Source: the human T2T-CHM13v2.0 reference genome, Homo sapiens. From it: a stretch of 64,000 nt of DNA. Of the stretch, positions 1-21,253 are shown one piece after another. The DNA lies in the NCBI RefSeq assembly GCF_009914755.1, contig NC_060929.1. One strand, given 5' to 3'. Position numbers and translations under genes: made by a program. Every line of letters starts with the position of its first letter. Positions within the stretch are counted from its first letter, which is position 1. Under the pieces are notes generated by a model that was given only the letters and a program-made list of their open reading frames with translations, searched no databases and was not told the DNA's origin.

Positions 1-1193
1 GGTACTCATTATTAGTAGGGATTTTTTTTTTAAAAGCAGTTCAGTACATCCTAGATTATGGGAGTATTCTCCCATACAGTTTGCTTCTGTTGGGTACCCT
101 TAGAAGTTCATAGGCCCAAGACCAGTGTTTAAATTTTCAGAATGAGACTCCCACAACACATGGTGATATAAATTCAGATTCAACATTTGCAAGTGATCTA
201 GGCTTCAGGTTTCTGGATTTTTTCTTAGAAGACATTGGAGTTTTCTTACTGATTCATTTTGCCCTGGGAAAGAGCTTTTGTTTTAAATGGAGGACCAGTC
301 CTTTATGAAAAGTTCTCACTAACTACTCTTCAACTGATGCAGGTCCCATGTATGGTCTTTAAAAGCTCATCCTAATAGATAGGGTCTACAGCCAGATACC
401 ATCATGACCTGGAGAAATACTGTATCAGCTTAAGCACAACAGGCTAGTACCTACCTGGCATGAAAGGACATCCCCTTATGAAGTAGGAGATGAAAGTAGA
501 TGCCATCCATTCGATGTTTCTACTAAGTCTTAGTTTTTTATCTGATGATTAGAACTATTTATGGATCCTACATTAAATTGTTGAAACCCATAAGATAAAC
601 GACAGTGAATAATGCATTCCATAGTTGAGCTTTTTATTTGAACTTAAGGACACATAGGAAAAGAATTCATTTATGGCTGCTGTGGTGTTGTCCCATGGGG
701 AAGGAAGATGGATTTGTCAACCCCGGAGCGAGGTTCTCCCTACCCGAGGCTGCTGCCGTGTGGAGATCCCCTGGGTGAAACCATTGTCGCCATTGACCAG
801 GAGGCAAAACCTTCAACTGAGGACTTAGGGAATAAGAAGGAAACAAAATACATTAAACTCAAAGTCATTAGATGGGATAACAGTGAGATTCACTTCAAAG
901 AGAAAATGACAACACATATCAAGAAACTCAAAGAATTATACTGTCAAAGAGCGGTCCAATGAATTTACTCGGGTTTCTCTTTGAAAGTCAGAGAAGTGCT
1001 GATAATCATATTTCGAAAGAAATGGGAATGGAGGAAGAATACGTGATTGAAATTTATCAGGAACCAATGGGGTCATTCAACAGTTTAGATATTCTTTTTA
1101 TTATTTTTCTTCTGCCCTCAATCTTTAAAAATGTTTTTGTAATGTGTTCAAAATGAAATTGAGACTGGAAACCCATCTTTTTTTTTTTTTTTT

Positions 1194-1297
1194 AAATGAA
1201 GGCAAGTTTATTAGAGAAGTGGAGGAACAAAAGAATGGCAACCCCGTAGGCAGAGCAGCCCTGAGGGCTGCTAGTTAGCTATTTTCATGGTTATTTC
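1194..1297 (-). mobile_element. L1 3'-transduced segment, MER41-like (ERV1) LTR fragment containing its poly(A) signal
   Basis: Lies between two poly-T tracts (1178-1193 and 1298-1335), inside the L1 TSD. Minus strand reads gaaataaccatgaaaatagctaactagcagccctcagggctgctctgcc...AATAAActtgccttcattt then poly(A), matching the remembered MER41 LTR 3' region. Confidence 0.85.
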
Positions 1298-1443
1298 TTT
1301 TTTTTTTTTTTTTTGTTTTTTATCTTTTTTTTTTTATTATACTTTAAGTTTTAGGGTACATGTGCACATTGTGCAGGTTAGTTACATATGTACACATGTG
1401 CCACGCTGGTGCACTGCACCCACTAACTCGTCATCTAGCATTA

Positions 1444-4841
<3,398 letters not shown>

Positions 4842-4904
4842 TATGATGTTAGCTGGTTATTTTGCTCGTTAGTTGATGCAGTTTCTTCCTAGTCTTGATG
4901 GTCT

Positions 4905-5921
4905 TTACATTTTGGCATGATTTTGCAGCGGCTGGTACTGGTTGTTCCTTTCCATGTTTAGCGCTTCCTTCAGGAGCTCTTTTAGGGCAGGCCTGGTGAT
5001 GACAAAATCTCTCAGCATTTGCTTTTCTGTAAAGTATTTTATTTCTCCTTCACTTATGAAGCTTAGTTTGGCTGGATATGAAATTCTGGGTTGAAAATTC
5101 TTTTCTTTAAGAATGTTGAATATTGGCCCCCACTCTCTTCTGGCTTGTAGGGTTTCTGCCGAGAGATCCGCTGTTAGTCTGATGGGCTTTCCTTTGAGGG
5201 TAACCCGACCTTTCTCTCTGGCTGCCCTTAACATTTTTTCCTTCATTTCAACTTTGGTGAATCTGACAATTATATGTCTTGGAGTTGCTCTTCTCGAGGA
5301 GTATCTTTGTGGCGTTCTCTGTATTTCCGGAATCTGAACGTTGGCCTGCCTTGCTAGATTGGGGAAGTTCTCCTGGATAATATCCTGCAGAGTGTTTTCC
5401 AACTTGGTTCCATTCTCCCCATCACTTTCAGGTACACCAATCAGACGTAGATTTGGTCTTTTCACACAGTCCCATATTTCTTGGAGGCTTTGCTCATTTC
5501 TTTTTATTCTTTTTTCTCTAAACTTCCCTTCTCGCTTCATTTCATTCATTTCATCTTCCATTGCTGATACGCTTTCTTCCAGTTGATCACATTGGCTCCT
5601 GAGGCTTCTGTGTTCTTCACGTAGTTCTCGAGCCTTGGTTTTCAGCTCCATCAGTTCCTTTAAGCACTTCTCTGTATTGGTTATTCTAGTTATACATTCA
5701 TCTAAATTTTTTTCAAAGTTTTCAACTTCTTTGCCTTTGGTTTGAATGTCCTCCCGTAGCTCAGAGTAATTTGATCGTCTGAAGCCTTCTTCTCTCAGCT
5801 CGTCAAAGTCATTCTCCATCCAGCTTTGTTCCGTTGCTGGTGAGGAGCTGCGTTCCTTTGGAGGAGGAGAGGCGCTCTGCGTTTTAGAGTTTCCAGTTTT
5901 TCTGTTCTGTTTTTTCCCCAT
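4905..5921 (-). CDS. LINE-1 ORF1p, full-length 338 aa, open frame
   Basis: MGKKQNRKTGNSKTQSASPPPKER...ARREWG...YPAKLS...QPLQNHAKM; canonical 338-aa length. Confidence 0.9.
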   Translation of the reverse strand: MGKKQNRKTGNSKTQSASPPPKERSSSPATEQSWMENDFDELREEGFRRSNYSELREDIQTKGKEVENFEKNLDECITRITNTEKCLKELMELKTKARELREEHRSLRSQCDQLEESVSAMEDEMNEMKREGKFREKRIKRNEQSLQEIWDCVKRPNLRLIGVPESDGENGTKLENTLQDIIQENFPNLARQANVQIPEIQRTPQRYSSRRATPRHIIVRFTKVEMKEKMLRAAREKGRVTLKGKPIRLTADLSAETLQARREWGPIFNILKEKNFQPRISYPAKLSFISEGEIKYFTEKQMLRDFVITRPALKELLKEALNMERNNQYQPLQNHAKM

Positions 5922-7303
5922 CTTTGTGGTTTTATCTACTTTTGGTCTTTGATGGTGATGTACAGATGGGTTTTTGGTGTGGATGTCCTTTCTGTTTGTT
6001 AGTTTTCCTTCTAACAGACAGGACCCTTCAGCTGCAGGTCTGTTGGAATACCCTGTCGTGTGAGGTGTCAGTGTGCCCCTGCTGGGGTTGCCTCCCAGTT
6101 AGCCTGCTCGGGGGTCAGGGGTCAGGGACCCACTTGAGGAGGCAGTCTGCCCGTTCTCAGATCTCCAGCTGTGTGCTGGGAGAACCACTGCTCTCTTCAA
6201 AGCTGTCAGACAGGGACATTTAAGTCTGCAGAGGTTACTGCTGTCTTTTTGTTTGTCTGTGCCCTGCCCCCAGAGGTGGAGCCTACAGAGGCAGGCAGGC
6301 CTCCTTGAGCTGTGGTGGGCTCCACCCAGTTGGAGCTTCCAGGCTGCTTTGTTTACCTAAGCAAGCCTGGGCAATGGTGGGCGCCCCTCCCCCAGCCTCG
6401 CTGCCGCCTTGCAGTTTGATCTCAGACTGCTGTGCTAGCAATCAGCGAGACTCTGTGGGGTAGAACCCTCCAAGCCAGGTGCGGGATATAATCTCGTGAT
6501 GCGCCGTTTTTTAAGCCTGTCGGAATAGCGCAGTATTCGGGTGGGTGTGACCCGATTTTCCACCCCTTTCTTTGACTCGGAAAGGGAACTCCCTGACCCC
6601 TTGCACTTCCCAAGTGAGGCAATGCCTCGCCCTGCTTCGGCTCACGCACGGTGCGTGCACCCACTGACCTGCGCCCACTGTCTGGCACTCCCTAGTGAGA
6701 TGAACCCGGTACCTCAGATGGAAATGCAGAAATCACCCGTCTTCTGCGTCACTCACGCTGGGAGCTGTAGACCGGAGCTGTTCCTATTCGGCCATCTTGG
6801 CTCCTGGAAACCCATCTTTTTAAAACAGCTGCTAATTTGAATTCTAGTGCTCATTATCCATTATTGTTTGTTTTCATTGTGCTGACTTTTGGTGATCAAG
6901 CCCCATCCCCTTTGTATTGCCCCCTCTTTTAAAATAGTACACATGTGCACAGAGAGACCAGCTTTCTCAGAACCATGCGTTTTTGGGCTTTTGGTGATAA
7001 ATGAGATTGACCAATCCAAGGGTTCATAAGGACTCTCCAGTTGGCCCTGAAGTTCTAGCATGTGATGGCTTCACTCCTGGATTATGACTTTCAGTGGGAG
7101 GTAGAAATTTTTCAGAGAACTGGACTGAGGAAAAATGACCTTTTCTTAACTTGAAGCTACTTCAAAAATTTGAGGGTCTGGACCAAAAGAAGAGGAATAT
7201 CAGGTTGAAGTCAAGATGACAGATAAAGTGAGAGTAATGTCTAACTCCAAAGATGGCTTCATTGAAGAAAAGGCATTTTAAGATTTTTTTAAAAATCTTG
7301 TTA

Positions 7304-7631
<328 letters not shown>

Positions 7632-9829
7632 TCATTAGCAATTTAAAAAGTTTTCATGTAGAAATGAATACAACAGAATACTGTTCTTCTTTATTTTATT
7701 TGTAATTTTTGGCCTGGGCTATGGGTTTTAAGTGGACGTTGTCTGTACCTGCTTTATTAAACAATATTTGTAAAAACTGTAAAAAAAGAAAAATAATCCA
7801 TTTATCTTGTGGCTGGGTTAAAGAGTTTTCTTGGTGTCCTGAGGGCATATGACCAACAGCCTGTGACTATGGAGAAATTTCAGTGTATGCAAAGATCTAA
7901 CATTAAACTGTAATCTTCACCTAAGACTCAGAAAAGAACCACTTCATTCAAAGTCCCAAAGGTAGGTTGCTCCCATCCTCTGTTGGGAACTTGAAGACTC
8001 TTTCAAATTCACATACCATTTTTTCTAGCTTATACATTGACCAATGTTGTGAGTGGGTTACATGAAGCTAAGTCTTTTTTAAATTTTTCTTTTCTTTTCC
8101 TTCTTTCTATTTTTGGTTTCTTATTAAAGGATTGTGACTTTCTGGATTCACCATTTATAAGATCATTTTTTTCTTTCTTTTTTTGTATTTCCTCTCCCTT
8201 CCTTTCTACCTTTGTTTTTTCCTTCTTTCCTGTTCCACTGAAGTCTTGAATCTAATGTCTGGGAAATTGGGAAAGAAGAAATCATTGGAAGTTCCTCCCA
8301 ACAGCCATTGGACACACCTTTCCCTTGTATATATAGATGTAGTATTATATAATGAGGTTTTTCTTACTGACCATTGTTATGTTACCATCTATGTCCACAT
8401 TACCTATTCTCAGCAAATGAAAGGAAACATGATTACTCCACTGAGCAGTGTCTCTAGGACTGTTATTTGTTTCAAAGATTAGCAGTTTAATAAAACAGCA
8501 ATGCAAGAAACTAAGTCCATTAACTTTCACTTTTCTTAGCTGCATGTAAGTTACTAATTATAACAGAAGGGTCATTCCTAAGGAATTACTAACCTTCAAA
8601 TGATATGAGATAATTATTCTCAAGAGAATCAAACAAATTTGTAAGACAAATACACTTGAAATTTCAGACATCAATCTCTTTTTTTTTTAACCACAGCCTG
8701 GGAACAAGGGAACTATGAAATATAATTTTACCCCAAGGTCCAACAAATGACTACATGAAAATAATTTCTCTCCTGCCAAAAAGAAAAAAGAAAAGAAAAA
8801 AAGAAACCCTTTATTTTGGTACATTGCCTAATACTTGTGCAGGCTGTTGTTTTGTTTAAATAATAAAAATTCCCTGAAGGAGAAAAAGTATTCTCTATCA
8901 AATGTTGAGTTTTAAAAATACATTCGCTGTAAATTTTAGGAACCATTTGCTCTGTGTTAGTCAACAATTCAGACTTAGTGTTAAGTTAGTCGAGTGTGTA
9001 ACTGATGGAATATGAGACCAGGTTTCTCATTTAGGTCAGCATTTGACCAGTTTATTCTCTCCCGACTTCCCACTGAAACACACACAAAGACATTGAAAGA
9101 AACGAAAATGCACATCATCATCAGAAAGGGGAACTCAGTCAACCCACAGACCAAATCTGAGAGGAATTTCATTTAGATTTAAGATCAATTATCCTAGATT
9201 TTAAAACCATTAGTCCACCTCTTTGAACAGTGCTTATAGAAAGAGGAAAAAGAAGTCACCTTCGGTACCAAAATCTTGGAGGCAGCCCCTTTCGGCAGAG
9301 TTTCCCAAACCAGTATATCCAGGAGCTTAATTATGAAGAGTTGTTTCTTCTAGAAAAGCTCACATAGCCAAAATTTGGGCCCTTATGCAAAATATATCTC
9401 CTTTTAGAGAATCAGAAAAAAAATTACCAGTATTAAAGTTTCTGGATGTTCTTACAGAGTAAAAAATGTATTTAGTTGTGTTTAACTTAGAATTTCTAAA
9501 TGTGTTTAATCACACAACTCCTTATTTTTTCTGCAAAATACAACCTGTTAACATCCTACAACACCAGTTCCAAGGGGCATACTTGGGAATGCTACCTGGT
9601 GCGTAGCTGCATAGATGCTGCTTTCTAAATGCCAGAATGTTGTTTCTCTTTTTCTCTCTCTTTTTTAATGTCAAGTTTGAGAGCAAATTTTTAAGAAATA
9701 ACTAGGTATCTGAGCTGGGAGCCACTATGGTAGAAAAAGGCCCCTATAATAGAGTAGACTAAGATAAAAATAAAGGCGTATATAATGAAAATGAAGAGCA
9801 ATAAGTTATAAGAGCATTGTAAAGGCTCA

Positions 9830-10135
9830 TATATTCAGATATTCCACAAATGCAATTTAAAGGCAAATATTAAAAGTATTTTAATTAAGCAAGTTATTCT
9901 AAAGTTCATGTGGAAAATGGACCACAAAAATAGCCAGAAAAATCCTGAAAAAGAAGAGTAATCAAGAGAATTAGCTACACCAGTTTGGCCTCTTTGTATA
10001 AAGAACATGTAAAACAAGGTAGTTTGGCTACTTAAATAGATTGCTGTCAATGGAAGAAAACAGAACATCTGGAAGCAGACCAAAATACATAAGGGAATTC
10101 AGTATATGACAAAAGTAGCTTCTGAAATCATTTAG
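9830..10135 (+). mobile_element. Ancient L1M ORF2 fragment
   Basis: Degenerate 'attctaaagttcatgtggaaa...aaatagccagaaaaatcctgaaaaagaagagtaa' typical of the old L1 ORF2 3' part. Confidence 0.55.
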
Positions 10136-10159
10136 AAGAAATTGCACTAACCCTTATCT

Positions 10160-10340
10160 AGGCCTTCACTCTGTGCCAGGCTGTGTCTAAGCACTTCACA
10201 TACATTAAATCGTTTCATTCTTACAACTGTCTGCAGAAGGCAATATTATTAACTTCCATTTATAGATGAGGAGCCCAAGGCTAGTAAATGAGCTAAGTTT
10301 GGATTCAAATCCAAGCTATAGATCCTGTACTTTAAACTTT
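10160..10340 (-). mobile_element. MIR SINE
   Basis: Core 'ccatttatagatgagga', plus 'tgtgccagg' and 'ggattcaaatccaag'. Confidence 0.65.
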
Positions 10341-10570
10341 TACACTCATCAAACCATTAAATAAAAATGTGCACCAAATCATCAAATAATTACTGTTAAG
10401 TTAAAAAAAAAAAGCAGGATATGACCCTGAAAGATATAGAGATGACTTCAAATTGTATGTATGTATTTACATAATTATATATTTATATCTGTATATTACA
10501 ATACTTAGAAGGAAAAGCACCAACAATGGTTAGTAGTTTGGGAATTATATTATAGAAAAGCTTAATTTAA

Positions 10571-10897
<327 letters not shown>

Positions 10898-12019
10898 TGA
10901 TGTAGTTTTCTAATTTCCCACAATGACATAGCTTTTATGACTGAAAAAAAAAGTACTAAGAAATGAAACCAGATTTGGAGAGAAAATAATCTTATATTGT
11001 TAAATAGTATAAGATGTAAAATAATAGGATATTTACATAAGTATGTGTAGCTTATGGCTTAGGCTACAAAATCCACAGTAATCTTGAAACTTCAAAAAAT
11101 ATTGTGTTTGTGGATGGTCCCAAGCTCCGCCCAGGCCCTGTAAGGATACCTGGCTCCTGTTGGCTGCCGTTAGTGACACTTCCAAGAAAGAAATTGAGAA
11201 ACACTGGGGTAAGTCTTGAAATGGTGGAATGAGATATCAGGTGTGTTAAAAATAATCATTCCATGACTCTTTCTGGCTAATTATCAAGTTATTAAGATAC
11301 CTAATGAAAGAATGGCCATAGACTCCATTTTCTGAAACCTGTTTGAAAGAATCTAGATTTTTGCCTGCCAAACAAATTGTGGTTGAAGGTTTATGATGAG
11401 TTGCTTGATTCTTCATATCCTTTAAGCCCAACCCTAATAGAGTTACAACATAAAGAAATTATTCGAAAGGGCCTTAGCCATTGTTCCTGTTGTATATAGC
11501 AAGCCATCATAAGGCATTTGAGACAGATATAAATTCACATTTTTTTAAAAAGATATATAGAGAAAGAAAGGATGATTATATCGACCGCAAGGTTGTTTTG
11601 GGCCATAGTGATGTTGAAATGCTACCTCCTGTGGGGCATTTTGTGGTCCCTCTGTCCCCTGCAAGCTGAGTCTTCTTCCTTTAGTCTCGTCATTCATAAC
11701 ATTTAGGATACTGTGTTGTTAACATTGGTTTCTTGTGTGTGTCTACTCCAGGATTGCAAACTCTTTGAGAACACATACCGCATGTTTTTCTCTATGTCCC
11801 ACCTTTTGGCCCAGAGCAACTGCTTAGTATTTATTTAGAGAATAAATCAAGGAATTAATGCCTTTTCATTCCACATGAAAATGGTCAGTAGAAAATTCAG
11901 GAGTATATCTTAGGAGACTGGTCAGGGCTAGAGACAAACTTGGAAGTCATAAAATGATACCAAATCACTCTAAAATTATATAATTAAAATACTATTTTCA
12001 TTTTCATATATATTATACC

Positions 12020-12575
12020 TATTAAGCCTACGAGGTAAACAAGTATTAATATAAGTATTTTCTTAGGTAAGAACCTTGAGGTTCAGAGAGGTAAAGTGGT
12101 GTGTCCAATGGCATCCAGCAAGAAGTAAAAATAATGTTACTGACACTTAACGGGGCACTAATTATGTGCTAAGCACTGCTCCAAGCGGGTTATTTGTATA
12201 AACTCCTTCAATCCACTCAAAACTCAGTGAGGCTTAATCCACATTTAAACAGATGAGGAAAGGGAAGGTAACAATGATTGAGTAACATGCCAAAGATCAG
12301 AGAACTGGGAGGTGAAGATGGGCTTCAAGGGCAAGCAGGCTGCCTCTAGGTTTCCTTTAGGTTACCTGTAAGCCATACTACCTGTGCACCTACACTTTTA
12401 ATCAGACTCTGAGCCCAGAGATGTTTCAATTAAAGGACATCATTTGTCTTATCTATCACTTCTATGCCATCCTATGTATATCTCACAGGTGTTGAGAGGA
12501 ATAAGTTAGATAAATGCATGTAAAGCACGAAGCAGAATAACTTGCACATAGTAAACACTCAAAAAATGTTAGCTG
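12020..12575. mobile_element. Cluster of MIR fragments in both orientations
   Basis: 'gaggttcagagaggtaaagt', 'acagatgaggaaa' and 'atgtaaagcac...acatagtaaacactcaa' MIR motifs. Confidence 0.55.
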
Positions 12576-14128
12576 TTGTTTTTGGAATGTTAGTCATAGG
12601 AGTAGATGAACTCTGCAAGGAGTTTGTCTATTGAGAAGAAAGTGAAGAATCTCTTTAGTGCCCTTATGGTAAACTTAACAGTCATCATAAGCCCCCTTCT
12701 TCCCATGATGGGTTGCTGGATGGATCAAACAAGATAATGATTTGGAAAACGGAGTCCCATATGTAAATGTAAGATATTTTCCAATTATATCTTACATGAA
12801 ACCCAAAGTTTCATACTGTGACTTTAGCTCATTTCCTCTTGCTCACTCTTCAGTAAACACTGACTGATGATAAGCTCTGCCCAGTGTTTGAGATCCTGCC
12901 TACCATGTTTATTGCATGGTTTCCGATGAGCTAGAAGGCTGGGCCAAATCAAGGTTGCTTCCCTCTAGCTAGTCTGTGTTTTGGCTGTTTTCAAAGCACA
13001 GAAAAGAAATTTCAGCAGATCAAGTGATATAGAGGAACTAGACAAAGGGTTTTACCAGCTTTATTCTATATTAAATACAATGTCCAATTAACGGTTATTA
13101 CCCATATTGCTTTTAGTCCCCTGACAAAAAAAATGATACACTTCCCTAGGGCCTGATTCCATGTTTGGATGAAGACAGGAGAAGGGAGCTGCCAGATGAA
13201 TCTATGCCCTGAAGTTCTTATCACAGGTCCAGCTACTGATGGAGGGGAGAGGGCCCTGGCCACTTTTTAAAACCACTCTGGAGCATTAGAGGGCAGAAGT
13301 TGCAGTTTTATGATGAAATTGATTTACTAGCCCCAAGGACTCAATCCCATTAGACAGTTAATCAGGTCTTCCCCCTAGGAGATATTATTTGACCTTAAAC
13401 TAAACGACATGTCTCTCCATATACAGATAAAGAAATAAACATTCTCTCATGCAAGCCAGAAGAGCTCTAAAAACAGCCTGCAATTTCATGTTACTAGTCT
13501 TCCAAAGTGTAGACCTGCAGATACTGTACATGCAGAAGTGATGTGCTTATGCTACATCTCACTTAAGAACAATTGCTGCAACAAGATGTTGTCTATTTCA
13601 ATAAGGAAAATTGGCATTACATGCCTGGCACCAGGGGAACTTCAGGTCTCCAGGGGGGATTTTCCCGAAAATCTCCTATATTAGCCTTCCTTTTAAAATA
13701 ACATTTCTCTGTGGGAATTGTAGGTTCAGTCCCATGTCAGTAAATGGTCTCCTAATAGCCCTCTATGACAAAGTTATGACTTATCCCTAAAGAAAAATGC
13801 TGCCTCTTGAGCATGTTTTATTGAGGCTAAGAGTCAAGCCATAAAACATCAGCTCTCACATCTGAGTGCCTGTTCGCTAAAACACTATTTATTTGTACAT
13901 AAATATTTGTCTTTTCTTTGCAGGGATGTATTTGCTTGCATATTCAAGTAGACCATATGTGTAAATTTTAAAAGTCCAAAGTGTTATAATGGGAATGTAG
14001 ATAAGGAGCTGATTATTTTGGCTTCCAGTTTTAAAAAATACATTAAACTGCTTCTTGCTTTATCTAAAGAATGCATACAAATACAATTTTCATATTAAAG
14101 ATTTAAAAATCATGTAAAGCTATACGTA

Positions 14129-14383
14129 CAATCATGTGCTACGTAGTGGTATTTCAGTCAACAATGGATCACATGTATGACGGTGGTCCCATAAGATTAT
14201 AGTAGAACATATATAGAAACCTGATATGTCACAGTTGATATTGGCATTGCAGAACAAGTAGGGGAAATTGATATTCAGCAATGGTCCTGAGACATTTGGT
14301 TTTCCATATTAAAAATATATAAATAAAAATATCTATTCCATCTAGGTCGGTGTAAGCACACTCTATGATAAGTGGCATGACTG
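14129..14383 (+). mobile_element. Tigger3a-like MITE (TcMar-Tigger DNA transposon)
   Basis: Preceded by TA. TIR-like ends caatcatg...catgactg. Internal 'tatgacggtggtcccataagattata' and 'caagtaggggaaa'. Confidence 0.8.
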
Positions 14384-14725
14384 AGTCATGTGCTACATAA
14401 CAATGTTTTGGTCCATGATGAACCACATCTATGATGGTGATACTATGAGATTATAATGGAACTGCTATTGCCCCTGAAGACTTTCCAATGGGACAAGATG
14501 TAGAGGTGGATGACAGTGATATTGATGATCCTGACCCTGTGTAGGCCTAGGCTAATGGTGTGTTTTAGTTTTAAACAAAAATTTTAAAAAGTAAAACAAA
14601 AAAAATTAGAAGAAAAAGTTTATCGAATAAGGACATAAAGAAAAAAACTTTTTTTTACAGCTGTACAATGTATTTGTATTTTTAAAATAACTTTATAGTA
14701 AGTATTGCAAGAGTCAAAAAGTTTT
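14384..14725 (+). mobile_element. Second Tigger3-family element, left part (split by L1s)
   Basis: Starts with TIR agtcatgtgctacataac. Contains 'gacagtgatattgatgatcctgaccctgtgtaggcctaggctaatg'. Continues at 23627. Confidence 0.78.
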
Positions 14726-15115
14726 TTTGTATTATTATACTTTAAGTTCTGAGGTACATGTGCACAATGTGCAGGTTTGTTACATATGTATACATGTGCC
14801 ATGTTGGTGTGCTGCACTCATTAACTCGTCGTTTACATTAGGTATTTCTCCCAATGCTATCCCTCCTCCAGCCCCCTACCCCCTGACAGGCCCCAGTGTG
14901 TGATGTTCCCCTCCTTGTGTCCATGTGTTCTCATTGTTCAGCTCCCACTTATGAGTGAGAACATGCAGTGTTTGGTTTTTTCTCTTCTTGTGTTACTTTG
15001 CTGAGAATGATGTTTTCCAGATACATCCATGTCCCTCCAAAGGACATTAACTCATTAACTCATTCTTTCTTATGGCTGCATAGTATTCCATGGTGTATAT
15101 GTGCCACATTTTCTT
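14726..15115 (-). mobile_element. 3' end of the outer L1 (L1PA7-like)
   Basis: L1 3'UTR and end of ORF2 with L1PA7-type residues (ggtatttctc, cccacttatgag). Left TSD caaaaagtttt 14715-14725. Confidence 0.85.
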
Positions 15116-21252
<6,137 letters not shown>

Positions 21253-21253
21253 T

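Noticed and set aside
6374-6463. ORF0 of the L1PA2-like element
   Set aside because: A 1-bp loss creates TAG after ~29 codons.
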